64,000 nucleotides of DNA from Saccostrea cucullata. Taxonomy: Eukaryota. Positions 37,385 through 51,919 of the stretch are shown here, piece after piece. The stretch's first letter is position 1. Each line of letters begins with the position of its first letter. The position numbers and the translations under genes were made by a program. The notes under the pieces were generated by a model. It was not told the origin of the DNA. It was given only the letters and a program-made list of their open reading frames with translations, and did not search any database. The stretch spans positions 1 through 64,000 of the forward strand of contig NW_026936651.1 in NCBI RefSeq assembly GCF_032062105.1. The letters are read 5' to 3'.

Positions 37385-38259
37385 AGGCTCAGGTGAGCTA
37401 AAAATTGTTTTATCACAAAATCTTTGGACATTGTGTTCACGGTATTTTACCTGCATGTGGATCCTACGATTAGGAAACTGATGACTAGCAATCAGTTTCC
37501 CCGAAGCCTCGTTTATTTCCCCCACTGGAAACCTAGATATTGGCATCACCTAAATAAGTACAAGTGAAAATGATGATTTGTGGGGTATTGTGAAAAAAAA
37601 GAAATGGCATCAATAAAAATTGTAAACAAAGTCATTCATTTATGTTTTCTCATATCATTAAGTGACCAAGCATCCCCTTCCCTTCACCCCCCCCCCAAAA
37701 AAAAATCTACAGAAAGGAAAAAATAATTAAACCACTGTCATAACGTACTCTTATTTGTGTGTCCTCAAATCCCATAGTGCCGGCGGCTTGTGAGACCAGG
37801 TGGTCGGGTAATTCTGTCTTCTCTACGACGTGCTCTCCAATGTTATTCACCCTGGAATGGACATTGGGGAAATTCTTCATGATTTATTTTGATAATTTAA
37901 TTTTGTAAAATTAACTCAGTTCAAGTTATCATATATAGATCTTATGTAATAACAGTTTCTTCTTGGTGAATGAAGCATTTATATATTTCTAATCGGCTAA
38001 ACCTAAGATGGCGAGTAAGCAGTTCCATTTTCCGCGATCCGACACTGTTTTTACACGAAAAAAAAAATGCCGCTTTTTCATGACACAGTTATGCTGCATG
38101 TCATCAATTACATTTTTAGCTTTTCAGCTGATACAAAAAAAATACAAACTATATATGGATAAAATTTTTATATTTATATTACAAAATAACTAGAATTTCA
38201 ATATTACATACATTGGGTCGGAAGCAAATTGAAAATATACCTAGAAAAACCTGACAAGC

Positions 38260-38291
<32 letters not shown>

Positions 38292-41200
38292 GAATTTCAA
38301 TCATGCACATACCAGTTGACTGTAAGCTTGATGAACCATTTTAACCGACAGTGACTTTTACACGTGGGACAGGTCACTCGACCGTCTCCGCCACATCGCG
38401 GGCATCTATAAATAGTAACAAGTTATTTTATTGTAATACACCAGTATTGTAATAAACATATTACATAAAATATTGCATAAAAATCAATTATTTTACATGT
38501 AAATAGCTTTCAATTTAAATGTATACAGAATAAATACAGTGATAGAATTTCTTAAAAATAAGATAAATGTTTGCAAAGTTAGAGAAAAATTAGGGATAAA
38601 TTCAAATAAAGACCTTCTTTTCCCTCCATGACACATCGAGCATGACACGACGCGATGTTCTCCATTACGATACACCCGCCTCCTTCCCGAGCCGTGACAA
38701 GTCCCGCATTTCACCTGTTCAAGGTGTAAAAACACTTCAAAAACTTGTTATGTATATATAAACATCATCTTCAAAACAGATTTTTTTTTATAATTCGTGA
38801 TTTAACACTGATTCATTTCTTTAGGATTCATAATAAACTTTTGCTCTTGGAAAGTAAAAATAGGAAATGAGCTAGTACATGTATATTGTTTGAAATTCTC
38901 AGAAGAGAAACAAACCTTTCCTCTGCCCATACATTTACCACATCTCACATATCCCCTCGCATTACACTTATGACAATCCTGAATTAAAAAAATATAAACT
39001 TTAACCTTTCTCTCTTTTGCCCAGAGCGATGGAATTTTTAATTAATTTCTTCGACTAGCTGCAGACTTCTAGCTTACTGGTATGTAGAATGGGATGAAAT
39101 ACTATACAAAATTTTCAGACCATTGAGCTATGGACCTACAGCTTGTCATCAACCTGATGCTAAAACTTGAATTTTCGTTTCATTTTCCAAATGTTCTAGG
39201 TTTATAATTGAATCGGATAAATTTCTCAATAATTTCAGATTAAACATGGATATTTTTTCTTTTAATTTCCAAACATGGTGTGCTCTTTTAATAACTATCC
39301 ACACAAAAAATACGATCGCTGGGAAGATTTTTCACTGAATATAATTTTATCATCCGAATTGCAATATAGATTTTTATCATCACAATTGTTAGAAGAAATG
39401 TAATTCATCGGAAATGAATTTGAAAATTAATATAATAGGAGATGATACCAATGATAAGTGTATATGTAACTGACCTTTACATAGGCGGTGAAAGGAACCT
39501 CGTGGTGCTGTGTTTCATTCACGAAATATTTACTGAACGAAGCTGGAATATCCCAGGGGCCCGGGGCAGGACCGTTTTGAGGTCCATTAACAGGCTGACC
39601 TGTTAAAATCGTCACAGATTTGTACATTGCAAAACTCAATTTCACTGACACTAAAACTTCAAATAAGTGTGTGGTGCTACCTACTATGATTTTTTGCAAA
39701 TGATTTCTTGAAAAAATAATTTTAAAATACAAAATTGGAATTTTTCTCCAAAAGGGACATAAGTCAAAAAAATACCCAAAACAGAATTTACTTCGTCCTG
39801 CCAAAATTTTGTGTGAATAATAATAACATAGTGTTATTATTATACGTATTGTATTTTTTATTTAATGAAAACCGATAGGAATTTGACCAAGATAGTCATC
39901 TGATAAATCTGTATACTAAATTTCACAGTATGTGCAACAGTTGTGAAGAAAATGAACGGAAACTGCAAATAATTCTACTCAAAACAGAACTTCTTCTGTA
40001 AATGTTTCCAGAACAAATAATTGAAATTTTTGTAAGTCCAAGGGGCATAACTCTGTCAAAAATGGCGCGATTGTACCCAAAAAAAATATAATGATTTTTT
40101 AAAAACAAATATGTTACGGTTGCAAAGAAAATTCGGAAACTGCAAATAATAAAAATTTTTGTTGCTTTATTTGCAGCTAAATTTCCAGGAATAAATGGTT
40201 AACTATTTGCAGCTTATTTCCAGGAATAAATGGTTAACTGTTTGTATAAGCGATTTAAACTTATTTCTTTTTTTACCCAGGAATAAATGGTTAACTGTTT
40301 GTATAAGCGATTTAAACTTTTTTTTACTAGATATGCCACGGTCAAAGAACTACTAGAAGTTGAAATAAATTTAGTTTATCTAAAAAATTCTAAACAAAGG
40401 ATCAAAGTCATCGATTACTGCGTCTTTGTGCTTATTATATAGTTTCCCATCCTTCCACTTCCATTTGTCATCAAGCTATCGCCCTTTAGCAACATCAACT
40501 CAAACGTCCATGACGTTATATTGCATACAGTCGTTTGGCCAGTTCCGAATAATTAGTAATTTAAGGACTGATAATTAATAAATTCAACGGTGTAAAAATA
40601 AATTGATTTCTATGGTAAGAAGGCTTATTCATGAGTATTTGAATTATGTGAAGTTTTGATTTTTCGCCCTCAGTTTGGTTTCGTTATCGTACTTGAAACG
40701 GTCGACATACTTTTACAATGCAACAAATCTGAATCACAGTGACGCGTAAGTCTGCAGAAAAACCTCTGTAGATGCATAAATTTTTCACATAAAACAACGT
40801 TCTAGGTATCAAAAGTAAGTTTGATAGGTACTCTAACATATACTAAAAACTTGTCAAAAATAAATGTTTAGAACACTGGAAGATATCGAAATATTTTCGT
40901 GCTCTTATTTTACCAGTTCCGAATACCCATTTTAAACACTATCATAAATTCACTCTTGAAATTGTAAACATGACTTATTTGAAAAACAGGAAGAAGCGGT
41001 ATATAGTAATGGGATGTTTATCCATTCATCCGTCTGTCCGTCCGTCCGTCCGTCTAGCTGTACGTCCGTCCGTATGATATACGTATCCATTTCTTATCCG
41101 CAACCCCTCTTCTACCACTGAATGAAGTTTAATGAGGCTTCACAGAATTTAATGAGTCTTTCACAGAATCTTTGTTTAACAGTGCCAAAGTGCACCTATT

Positions 41201-43993
41201 TTATTTTTGGATCTGGTACATAATTTGGGCTCCCTGAGAAAAACATAGATACTGCCATTCTCTGTAATATTGAAAGGTATATCCATCTCTTGTCCGCAAT
41301 TCCTCCTATACCACTGAATAAGATTTAACGATACTTTCACATATTCTTTATTGCATTGTGACATTGTAACCTATTATTTTACTTTTTGATCTGACATTTA
41401 TTTCGGGACTCTCAGAGTAAAACATGGACTTTGTCTTAAATAATCATAAAGGAGGCGTGGGGTATCATTGAAATAAGCCCAGTGCCCACAGTACCTCTAG
41501 TTTCTCTTCAACCTTTGGAAATACAAATAATTTATTGGTAAGCAATTAATTTAACTCTTCTTAGGCATGCCAATGGATAACGTCTGGGACGTATATTTTT
41601 TTTATTTACAAATTGGATAAAATCTCGTTAACTGGTAAAATCAAATGGTAACGTGCGAAATAATTTTTTTTGAGGGAACAACTTTTATGAAAAAAATATT
41701 AAATTACCTTGACAAAACACTTAGTATATATATTTGTAGCACAGTATCGGTTTTTTTGCAACTGGCCAAATAACTGTACGATATTTTTGTGGAACATAAA
41801 CCCTGTTTTTGTTCCATGACGTCTAAATAACTTAACTTTTTGATCAAATATAATTAAACTCACGTGATAAGAGGTAGACGACTGCAGTTCCTTGAATGTC
41901 AGTTTTTCCGCGGCACCCTTTCCCCAGCAACACTGTTGTGAAACATGTTCTAGTAAAGCTTGTCTCGCAGTCTCTTCGGAAATGACAGGCGCACTTTTAA
42001 ACGAATGGGAAATGTGATCAATTCAAAAAGATACAATTTGGGGGGGGGGGGACTATACACATATGATTAATTTTTCTATTTGGTATATTTATATATTTTC
42101 TGGCCTTGAGTATTATTTCAAAACTCATACAATTATATAAATTGTGCTTGTTCAATTTAACCCATGTAATTTCCTCTTATTTTAGAGAGTGCTTGATTGG
42201 AATTTCCAGTTAAATATTACTCCACTGAAAATCGTTCCCTTGAGGAATCTGGCATTATAACAACGCATACTAGTATTGGAAAATTCTCTAGGAAGCGAAT
42301 AATAGAGTACAACCCTGCCTAAATGTTGTTGAATCACAATAGTTGATAACAGTTTGAGCTATATGCTTTTAATCATTAATGATTTTAAATGTATTCGTTA
42401 TATTATCTTCAGTGTACATCCATTTTCATCAAAACCGTGTAAGGAATATGGTCTCTATACCTCATGAAATCCGGCTGTTTCCAGTCCTTAGGGGGGGCAT
42501 AGTCCGTGGGTGGAGGAGGGAGTAGGGCTGTTATTCAGGAAAATTCAATACGTTAATAACTGCGACAGAACAATTAATTCAAGTGTTCAATATTTCATAC
42601 ATTATCTTGGCAATAAAATCATACATATCTGTTTGAATAATTTAATATATATCTTTCAATTAGAAAATATATTGATTGCTCGCAATAAATTCTGTGTTCA
42701 ATTTTATTTCTCTTACACTGGTCGAGTCGCACATTGTTGTATCCAGGTACTGTTGCAAAATCAATCTTTGGTTTGACGTCACTTCCCTCCGCATTGAGGT
42801 CCTCGCAGACGACTAAAAAATGGACATTGTCATATATCAAAAAGAAATAAATTCAGGAATAAATTTTCATTTGAAGGAGCTTTAGTTTTTTTCTCTTACA
42901 ATACATTTCATTTTACGAAATTAAAACCGCTCTAGGAAATTATAAATTGCATTTATAAAAACAGTATTTTTAAATGATTATTTTAAAGAATTCAGTCACT
43001 TCTCACTTTTCAAAAATATGTATTGTTGCATGATTGAATTAATATGAACTTGTAAATCAACTTGCTATTTATAATATTTCATTACACTCTATTTTTTGGT
43101 CAATACTAGTAATACACGTACATGTATTTATTAATATGCAATGTGGAGAATTCTACATGATTACAAATCACTTTGTATACAAAATATAGTTTCCATGCAC
43201 GTACCTGGTTCACTTTCATCCACTTGATCTTCATCTCCCGCAGGACTATAAAAAACAGGATTTTTAAACGGCTTAGTCCCTTCATTTTAGACTTATAACA
43301 CGTATAATAATAGTAAATGAGAACACAAAGTCCTCCGATCCGGGGTGCGTTCTGTGCAATCACACCCAATCAAAAAAGTTGAAAATAAAATGTTTCTCTA
43401 TATAATTTCGTTTATTTGAAAAGTGATGAAATAACTTAAAGAATACAATATAACCCATCGAAACGGTACCCATTTATTTATTTATTTTAATCTGGTTCTG
43501 AGGGTCGAAGTTAGAGCAGCCCCCCCACCCCCTTCTCAGCACCCCCCTTTTCAGAAACCTGGCAACGGCTTCGATATTCGCTGTGAAATCTTAATAGCAG
43601 TTATGAATTGTTGGTAAAGTCGGTCTTAAATAAAACGATGTCGCAATAAATTAAAATACAAACTATAAAAAAATACTTATTAGTAAAATCTGCGAATTCT
43701 ATACAATATAGTGTCATTGAAAAACGGATGAATTCAAAATGTGCATATCACGTAACGCCCCTATTCCCCTCCCCGTCGCCTTTTCTTCCTCTAGTAAATA
43801 GAGCATAGATCTAGGAATTAATGTATTCGTCATGCTCTATTTACTATTAAAAATGAAGTACATGTATTTTAGTTACTAACAAATATACCATTTTAAGGCA
43901 TTTTCAATCCTTTTTATCACGAAAGTATTATTAAAAATTTAAAATAAACCTTCAGGAAGATGTAATAAACGGTACTTACCCAACACTTGTCAT
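34805..43993 (-). CDS. SSUH2: SSUH2 homolog (DnaJ-type CxxCxGxG zinc-finger repeats); one internal exon not found intact, possibly a disrupted copy
   Basis: Exons 43993-43980, 43245-43205, 42812-42717, 42527-42461, 41993-41864 (ISEETARQALLEHVSQQCCWGKG), [missing exon], 39599-39475 (GPQNGPAPGPWDI...EVPFTAYVK), 38978-38916, 38714-38614, 38405-38313, 37851-37749, 37549-37451, 34951-34805 (YFVYGLESRVYAPEYPDQCCWGCNIL stop). Confidence 0.85.
36367..37335. mobile_element. AT-rich TIR element nested in the HINE microsatellite
   Basis: TIRs tacactctaaaaaaagttttactt and aagtaaaacttttttaagagtgta; many aagtaaa subrepeats. Confidence 0.8.
36423..37050. mobile_element. Second HINE family nested within the TIR element
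   Basis: gaaacactgatgcccccc start, tcaaggtca units, (gaca)n microsatellite 36938-36996, terminal hairpin ccccgaaacttcgtttacggggg. Confidence 0.8.
39730..40160. mobile_element. Fragmented copy of the 6895-7815 HINE family
   Basis: Shares tgataaatctgtatactaaatttca, gaagaaaatgaacggaaactgcaaataat and aagtccaaggggcataactctgtcaaaaatggcgcgattgtacccaa. Confidence 0.75.
41000..41500. mobile_element. Degenerate HINE-like element with (ccgt)n microsatellite
   Basis: (gtcc)n at 41030-41072 followed by two diverged ~185-bp units (cttatccgcaac / cttgtccgcaat). Confidence 0.55.
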
Positions 43994-44178
43994 GGTGAAG
44001 GTGAATTGAATTTCTTAATTTTCTTTGATGTTTAAATTGCTACAGTCATGTAGGTTTTTTCCGTCCACTCTCCAACTTGGACCGAATATAAGTAAAGAAT
44101 GTACATTTAAAATCCATGCATGTTGGTTTAAATAACAATGTATATATATGAAGTCGTAATTTCGAAATCAATGGATAT

Positions 44179-44936
44179 TTAACGGTAGTGTATAAGTGCC
44201 ACGAAATATTTTGAATCATTAAAGTTGGTAATTCGAATTTCAATATTGGCTTTTACAACTTTAAAGTTGGCTTTTCTAACTTTAATTTTGACTTTTACAA
44301 CTTTTTACAGCATCATGCCTTTGTAGTGGAACTTGTGTTGCCATTTAATACATGTAATTACAATTGAAAGATATAATTTAATTATAAATTTGTTACGAAA
44401 GAAGGAATAATTTCAATGTGTAACAGTTCTAGAGAGGAATGGGGTGTGTGCTGAATTGAAACAGATAAAAGGAACTCACCGATTTATTTCAATGTACTAG
44501 TATTTATTTTGCATTATTAAAATTTATCCATATCTCTCTATGGCCCCATTCACCTTTCTTAAAGTGTCCCCTCCTTTTGACCTCTTCCCCTAGATTGTGA
44601 AGATTAACTGCTATAACCAATCTTTGTCAGTGTGTTAAATTTACATTAATAAAATTAGTAATAATTAAAACAAAGAAAAAAAACTAAGACAATGGGCTAC
44701 AAGAGCTCAAGTAAATTTGAAAAAGTCAAGATTAAAGTTGAAAAAGCCAAGATAAAAGTTGAAAAGGCATGCAAGATTAAAAATGGAGTTACCAACTTTA
44801 AGTTGGAAAAGCCAAGATGAAAGTTGGAATTACCAACTTTATGTTGGAAAAGCCAATATTAAAGTTGGAATTACCAACTTTTAAGTTTGAATTATCGACT
44901 TAAAAAATATAACGTGGCACTCATATGCTTCCGTAA
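44179..44936. mobile_element. MITE with ~21-bp subterminal repeats
   Basis: Ends acggtagtgtataagtgccacg and cgtggcactcatatgcttccgta; repeated aaagttggaattaccaact / aagttggaaaagccaa motifs. Confidence 0.6.
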
Positions 44937-46689
44937 TACCAGATATTGAATCATTGATCATGAACTTTAATGCTTAATCAAAACTTAATGGTTCAGTTAC
45001 AAAGATTATCCACTTGGTACATGTAGGTGGCCAATCAGGACACATACTTATATAACTACTATAATCAAGAAAAGACACTGCTATAAGAATTATAAATTTT
45101 GTTTCTATACGCTCATCTTGAATATGTATGTACATGTATATATCTACGCCCCATTTATACATGTTGATTTAAATAACTATTTTCGGAGGGGGGGGGTTAA
45201 ATGAATTCCAATACCGCATTTCCTAAACCAAGAAAATACCCCCCCCCAAAAAAAAAAAAAAAAAAAAAAAAATTGTCCCTTCGTATTTACAGCATATAAT
45301 TTTATGAACGCGGGATTTTCCAAAGTTCCTTGAAGTTCCTTATCCTATGAAATTTTAAAAGTCACACAAATGCAGTGGACTGTAGAATAATGGCATAAAA
45401 AAGTTGGAAAAATTCAAATCCTTAATTATCGTTAGTAATACTTACCTGTGATCGATCAACGTTACTACTCTAGGAATGTACTTGCTTCTTGACCTCTTTG
45501 AATAGCACTAGTTAGTTAGGATGAATAGGTGAAAGAACTGCGTGAGAAATAATTAATCTAGGAACACATTTATCAATAGGATGTGTTAACGGTGATTATA
45601 AACTATACTCTACACACGCTATACACAGCTGCTGCTGCTGTACATGTATTAAAGCTGAATGAGGTGAAACCACGGCATCACCTCTCGATATCCTTTTTCT
45701 TCAAATCAATAAATTAAAGCCCCATACTGAGAAAAATCAATCTCATTATTATTTATAATGCTGTTAATTAAAAAAAAAAACAAATGTCAAAGATATTCAC
45801 TTTTTAAAAAAAAAAATTGCCTAACTGAAGCAATCAATATCTATATAGTACGTATTATAGGGAAGAACGACATTTCGCTCCATTGCAAAACTCCTGTCAT
45901 ACCACTAATATTAAAAAAAAAAACTAAGACACTATGGTAGCTTATGGCAAAGATAAGCCTCCAAGGCCAATGTCAAGAGATCGATCAAAATATTGTTGCA
46001 ACCCAAAACTAAAGAACTTGCTGTCGACTATTTGCTTACAATTTATTACAAACACATTTTTCGTACGAGGAGTCGTTTTGGTATTTACCAAATACTAGTA
46101 AGTGCATCCTCGCAAGCCACGATGTAGTACATGTAAGTGATGTCACCTTTTCAATTGGTGATATCACTCATCCGAATGTTGATTCGCCTATTCCGTTGTA
46201 GAAGAGGTGATATTACCTGTTTGATTTGAATTAGTGACATATAACCCATGAGTGCAGTTGATATCAGCTTTTTGAAAAGCTCGGTTATATCATCTATTTG
46301 AATAGGTGATATATGACCTGATATATTGATCTGAATCGGTGATATCACTAACTTAAATCATATAATATTAGTTATATCAATAGTTCGAACTTGATATCAC
46401 CTAATGAGATTCAGTCAATTAAATATATGATCACATTTTCATTTTAAATAGTGATATAATTTTTTAATATCTCCCAAGAATATTCATGTACTGCGTAGAT
46501 TTACAAGTACTCTTTTCAGGCACAAAAAATTTCAATCTCCTAGTACAATATAGTAATTATACAATAGAGAGAAAATATCAATAAATGTAGTAAAACTGAC
46601 TGTAAATAAAAGAAAAAGATTCCGGATCGAGTTCCTTGTTGACAAAATTTGTGTATAATCTTCGGATAATAAAATGAACAATATTAACG

Positions 46690-46880
46690 AAATTTACAAT
46701 TCTATCTCAACATTTCCTATCTATTTATAGTAATATCCTGCTATATATTACCTGTATATGGAGTTTATGTCTCCCAACTTATTCGACACTCAAGAGCATG
46801 TTCCGAGTATTACCTGCATATGGAGTTTACGTCTCCCAACTTATTCGACACTCAAGAGCATGTTCCGAGTACGATCAGTT
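46690..46880 (+). mobile_element. Penelope-like RT C-terminal fragment with a ~63-bp tandem duplication
   Basis: Translates PAYGVYVSQLIRHSRACSEYDQ; tattacctg.atatggagttta.gtctcccaacttattcgacactcaagagcatgttccgagta occurs twice. Confidence 0.65.
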
Positions 46881-49875
46881 GCTCCTACTCAAGAGTATTG
46901 AGAATTTTTTGTCAAGTATATTTTTTAGACTCTACACACTTTGCTCAATGAAAAATCAAAACGCAAAAATGGGGGTCAGTGCGCTTCTTTTAACACTGCG
47001 GATCAATCATGACCTTTTGTACTGTAATTACGTCAACACACATATATAATTTTGAATAATTTTTCATTTAGGTCTAATATTGTTTATCCAAATGAATTAT
47101 GCGAACAAAAACAGTCTTTTTTTCATCTTGAATTGTCGCATTAAAATTTGTGACAATAAAAATACTACCTGTAGTAGTTTCAAATTACTTTACGTGGTCA
47201 ATTATTTGACCTTTCTGCACTCAAAATATGTTCTAATTTTTCTGGAGTTAAAATTTCAAAAAGCAATAATATCATTTGAAAGTAATGACATTTTTCTGAA
47301 TTTAAGCAGAAAGGTTAATATTATCTTGTATATTCAGAAAATCAAATAAAAAGTGGGGGTCTGAGATGTTAGTTTTTAGATATTACTGAAAAAGTGTTAA
47401 ATTTGGCTATTTTTTCCATGGACTTTCACAATATATTTGATATACACTCTGTATTTGCCAAATATGATGATAGAATTTATGAGATTGAATTTAATATACG
47501 TGTATATTTTAGGACCAACATAGAACATTTGACTGCATAGAATTATTCTATATATGTGTACAGGTTGCATGAAAAAAAAATCGGAATCCATTAAACTTAA
47601 TAACACTGAATACTACAGAAAGAGAAAAATTGATCTTTTCCTTCTAAAAACCTTCCGTCACAAATATAGTTCCTCGCTAAATTTTATCGCTTTGGAATTT
47701 AATCATGGGGTTTTGAATATAGTTTAATTAAACATTATATACTATATTATAAACTCATTGTAAGATCTTAAATATTATTTACAATTTTTGAAGTAGAGGT
47801 CAAGACAAAAATCTGCTCAAAAACTAAGGAGCGAACTTTAAATCAAGACAGGTACCGACAGATAAGTTGATGTTACAAGGATTTCGACGATCTTGTTTAA
47901 AGTCAGTATATTTCGTAAATTTTATGGTCCGCGTTATTATGACCTTGATAGCAAATATCATATGGGTCGTATTTTAGGCCAAAAGTAACACACTGGATTG
48001 TCTACAGGTTTTTTCCCCGTCATCATAAGGAGCACAATGCGTGTGTGAACGGGGGATCCTCCCTCCTCCATGCATGGCACATGAGCACTGATTCCACCTC
48101 TGATATTTTTAAGGTCCATGTTTGCTCTGCTCCTAATTTGTATTGTTTAATGGACTTTTGAGCTTGAACGCTGTTCGTTATTTCCAAATATATTTCATTT
48201 TCTCTCGAATTCGGGCGATTTTTTTTTTTATTTTTTGCTTGTTAACTTTTTTTTGAACAGGTACCAGACGGTAGGCAATTTTTTTCTGGCTGCCCCCCCC
48301 CCCCCCTTTTGCAAAAACGATGCTACGTCACTGATTTCACTGAGTAGTGTTTTGAATTTCTATTATAACACTAATTTGTTTTCTTCAAAGCCGATTTTGA
48401 TAATAGACTATTTCAAAAAGTCTTCAACATAATATGTTTTTATAAAACGTCTGCTCATTTATGATTGCTGGATTTTGTATTAGAGTTAGCTCCCTTAGAC
48501 ATTTAGCATAAAAATTTAGTACCAATATCGGGGAAATATTTTTATACATGTAGCCATATCATTTAAAACCAAAACTAAAAAATCATCAGTTTGATTCATA
48601 AGAAAAATACGTTTAAATATATAGTATCATTTATCAAAATTTATGCCCAAATCGTGCCACTTTCAAGCTTTCAGTGACTCAGCGTAGTGATATACGATGT
48701 GTCATACAGGGACTATTTTATCAAAATGGAAGTCAACGATAAGTTTTCCCGAAAGAAGTTTAAAATGTATGATTTGGAGGATTCCTAAACGCTACAATGT
48801 ACATGAAAGGGCTTTCTAATGAGTTTTAATTACAAAATCTTTCTGTGGTTGATTTAATAGCGAACAAGTGTTGCAGTTTTTCTCGGGCATTGTCTTTTTG
48901 TTTTTGTTTTGCATAGACGGAAGTGGAACACTGAATTATTCCAAATTCCTTTCAATTTAAGCATCGGTGAATTCTGGAGATGATAAATGAGATAAAGTTT
49001 TACCTGTCCAGCCAGTGGAGTTTATACATGTTGCAGGTATTGAACAAAGCTCTTCATTATTTACTTACATATACATCGTCCGAAATTCCTCAACCAACAC
49101 GGTCTAGGTTGACTACACAAAATGTATCAGTGCGTCATTGCATTGTTAGGAAAATTAAATGTTGAGATGTATCTAAATAAATTGAAGGTCTTTCTAGAGA
49201 ACTGGAGAGTCAACAATATGTAAGAGTATGACAAATGACAATTTTGTATGTAATCAGTTGATAAAGTCAGGTTACACAGTTCATTCAGTCACTATGCCAT
49301 GCTTTTGACCCATTGTTGCTTACTTGTGAGCTCTGTTTATAGAGTTTAAGTTGCCTATGTTGGTCAAACAACAATAAATCGTATGTGTACTTGCTTTAGT
49401 ATATTGGCAAATTTTGGTGATTTTGGAGAATATAAACATTAAACAAAGCTGCATTGAAAATAACAACTGCTGTAATTTAAAGATATCTTTGTTGAGCTTG
49501 TATTATCTTTCACTCGAAAAATTACTCCAAATTTACATTGAAAACTCAAAATTGTCTGTAGTACATCCATAAGGCAGAATTACCTGCCTAAGTATGTTTA
49601 TTTCACTACATTGCTATATGTATTACACAAAAATATGTTAAGGACATACGCAAGGTACCTTACCTACTGATAATTTTTCAAGATATTCTAAATTTAAACT
49701 TATAATACCATTACATGTTCTTAGACAAAAAATCAGCATGCGTTACCAGGGGTTTTGAAAAGATATCAGATTGTGAAAATTTTTGCATTATTCAAAGAAA
49801 AATGTACAAAAATTACAAAACATAAATTCAAGATTTTTTTTCATCAAAAATTGTTTTAGAAGAGTTGTACAGAAC

Positions 49876-50280
49876 TAGGGCTGTCACGGGTACCCGAAAT
49901 GACCCGGAACCGCGGAACAATTCATACGGTTCTGTTTTTCCGGAATTCGGTTCGGTTCCGATTTGTACAGTAGTGTAGGTTTTACTATGAAAATGGCATC
50001 AAAAATGAGAGATTTGTTAATACATTGCCATTATAAGGTGATTTAAATAATATGGTACAATTGTTGTCTAGTCAGGAAGCTACTTTAAACTAGTTAAAAG
50101 GTTGCTATTTTTCGAAGATTAAATGAAAATATTCTTTTTGTTGTTGAAAATAATACAAATCATGAGCTTTTATTCCATTAACTACCCGAACTTGAAATCT
50201 TGCGAAACCGAACCTAAAAAAATTATGTTTGGAAATGATTTTTAGACCCGAGGATATATTTTAAATACCGTGACAGCCTA
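49876..50280. mobile_element. hAT-type MITE in the NCK 5' intron
   Basis: TIRs tagggctgtcacgg and ccgtgacagccta; subterminal ccga/cggttc repeats. Confidence 0.7.
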
Positions 50281-51919
50281 AATATGAAATTTTTGAAACC
50301 ATATATAGACATTAAAGGTATTGTAACACATGTCGTTGAAACATAAATTTAGTGGAACTCTTCTAAAAGTGAATTTGGAAGAACTCAATAAAGTTCAAAC
50401 TACTATATTATTTTCTTGCTTTAAAATTTTGTCTGTATATAGAAACTACGAATCATCAGTATGATCAGTGGTAAAATTTTAATTTGCTGCACTTGCAAGA
50501 GATTTTTTCTGGTATATATGCAAGTGTATTAAAATAAAAATCAAATATTTGTAAGGTATATTGAAGCATCATGATTTAAAGACACAGACATTATGATTTT
50601 TTTGTATCCATTTGTATTGCTTACAGTATGACCATTTTATATGATCATGTTGATGGGTGAACATGAAGATATTGTTCGGTTATAATCAGAGTATTTCCTC
50701 ATTGAGTTTTAGAAAATCCAAATATTAGTCATATGTATTATCTATATTTTTTAAACTCGGAAAGTTACTAGATACAAGTCATACCACACAAAATATGTAT
50801 AATCTGAAGGTAAAGGCAATGTATGTATCATATCGGTGATAAGAGCTGGGATATACTGGGGGTGTTTCATTGATGTATATTGCAATTCACATCCTCCTGA
50901 TCATTTCAGAAGGTTTATTGAGGGAGATTACATGACCCCATTACATACTAGCATGAACCCCCCTCGCATCAGCCAGGAGGCTGTTAACAAGTGTTTCGGA
51001 ATCTTTTTTCCTCAATGTATCTAAAGTTTAATTCTAATTTTTGTTCTGTTGAACTTATCAGCAATCTCTTTTTAGAGGGATTGAGTTTCAGCATGTTTTT
51101 CAAGGGCTTATCTGAAAAGCACTAAGTCCCGCTAATTCATAGTAAAAATACACTGCTGGGATTGCAATTTCAATGGCTTTGGGAAAAAACCCTGCTGTAC
51201 ACAGTTCAGCTAAGCTTCAGAATGAAGTGTTAAAATTTTCATCTTTATTTCTGTTCCAAATGTTTTAAATTTCTTGGCTTACCTATTTGCCCATAGTCCA
51301 TTATAGACAGGAAAGCAGTTAGTTACCGGTAAAAGTTTTATAGTTGATGCATTTAATTTAATTCATTCATTTTTATTCATATACATTTCTACAAAAGTTT
51401 TGTTCATCATGGACATAACATACTTTTTTAATTCTCAGTTTTCCTCAATCATACTTAACAGCTGTGAAAAGCATTGTTAGATTCAATCACTAAGATCAGG
51501 TTCAAGGAAAAGGGAAATTTGAAGAGCATGAGAAATACCAATATATATACAATATATATATACATTTTTGAACAATCAAGGCTATACAGCCTATACCCGA
51601 AGCTATCATAATAATGGATGTTGTCATATATGCAAATTTCATTAGTAATTCATCTATTCATGTACTTGTAATAGAAAATGGTGAATAATTTTATAATGAT
51701 GTGCACTATTTTAATGTTCATTCATCAAATCAAATACTAATTTGAAAGTAAATAACTTTTGTCTTGCTTAATTGCAGAGCTTTAAAAGCCTACTTTTATT
51801 TTTTTTCACAGTATAACTTGCAGTATAAATCAATACTTGAGTGTTTGATGTACAAGTAAAATAAATGTTTGAATTCTCTTTTCGCAGGACTGACAAATCA
51901 AGACTGACCACTGGTCACC

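Larger units (their letters stand above)
35275..37403. mobile_element. Full-length HINE with ~166-bp satellite-like array, interrupted by nested insertions
   Basis: Start aaacaagacgcccaggtgccacatcgctcacctgagc; units tttgaacaaacttgaatctacactacctgag at about 35725, 35889, 36055 and 36221; microsatellite split at 36366/37336; end gctcacttgagccttaggctcaggtgagctaaaaa. Confidence 0.85.

Noticed and set aside
41701-41822. Candidate replacement for the missing SSUH2 exon
   Set aside because: It would need a ~41-nt intron, ends in the wrong phase and lacks the LETF motif.
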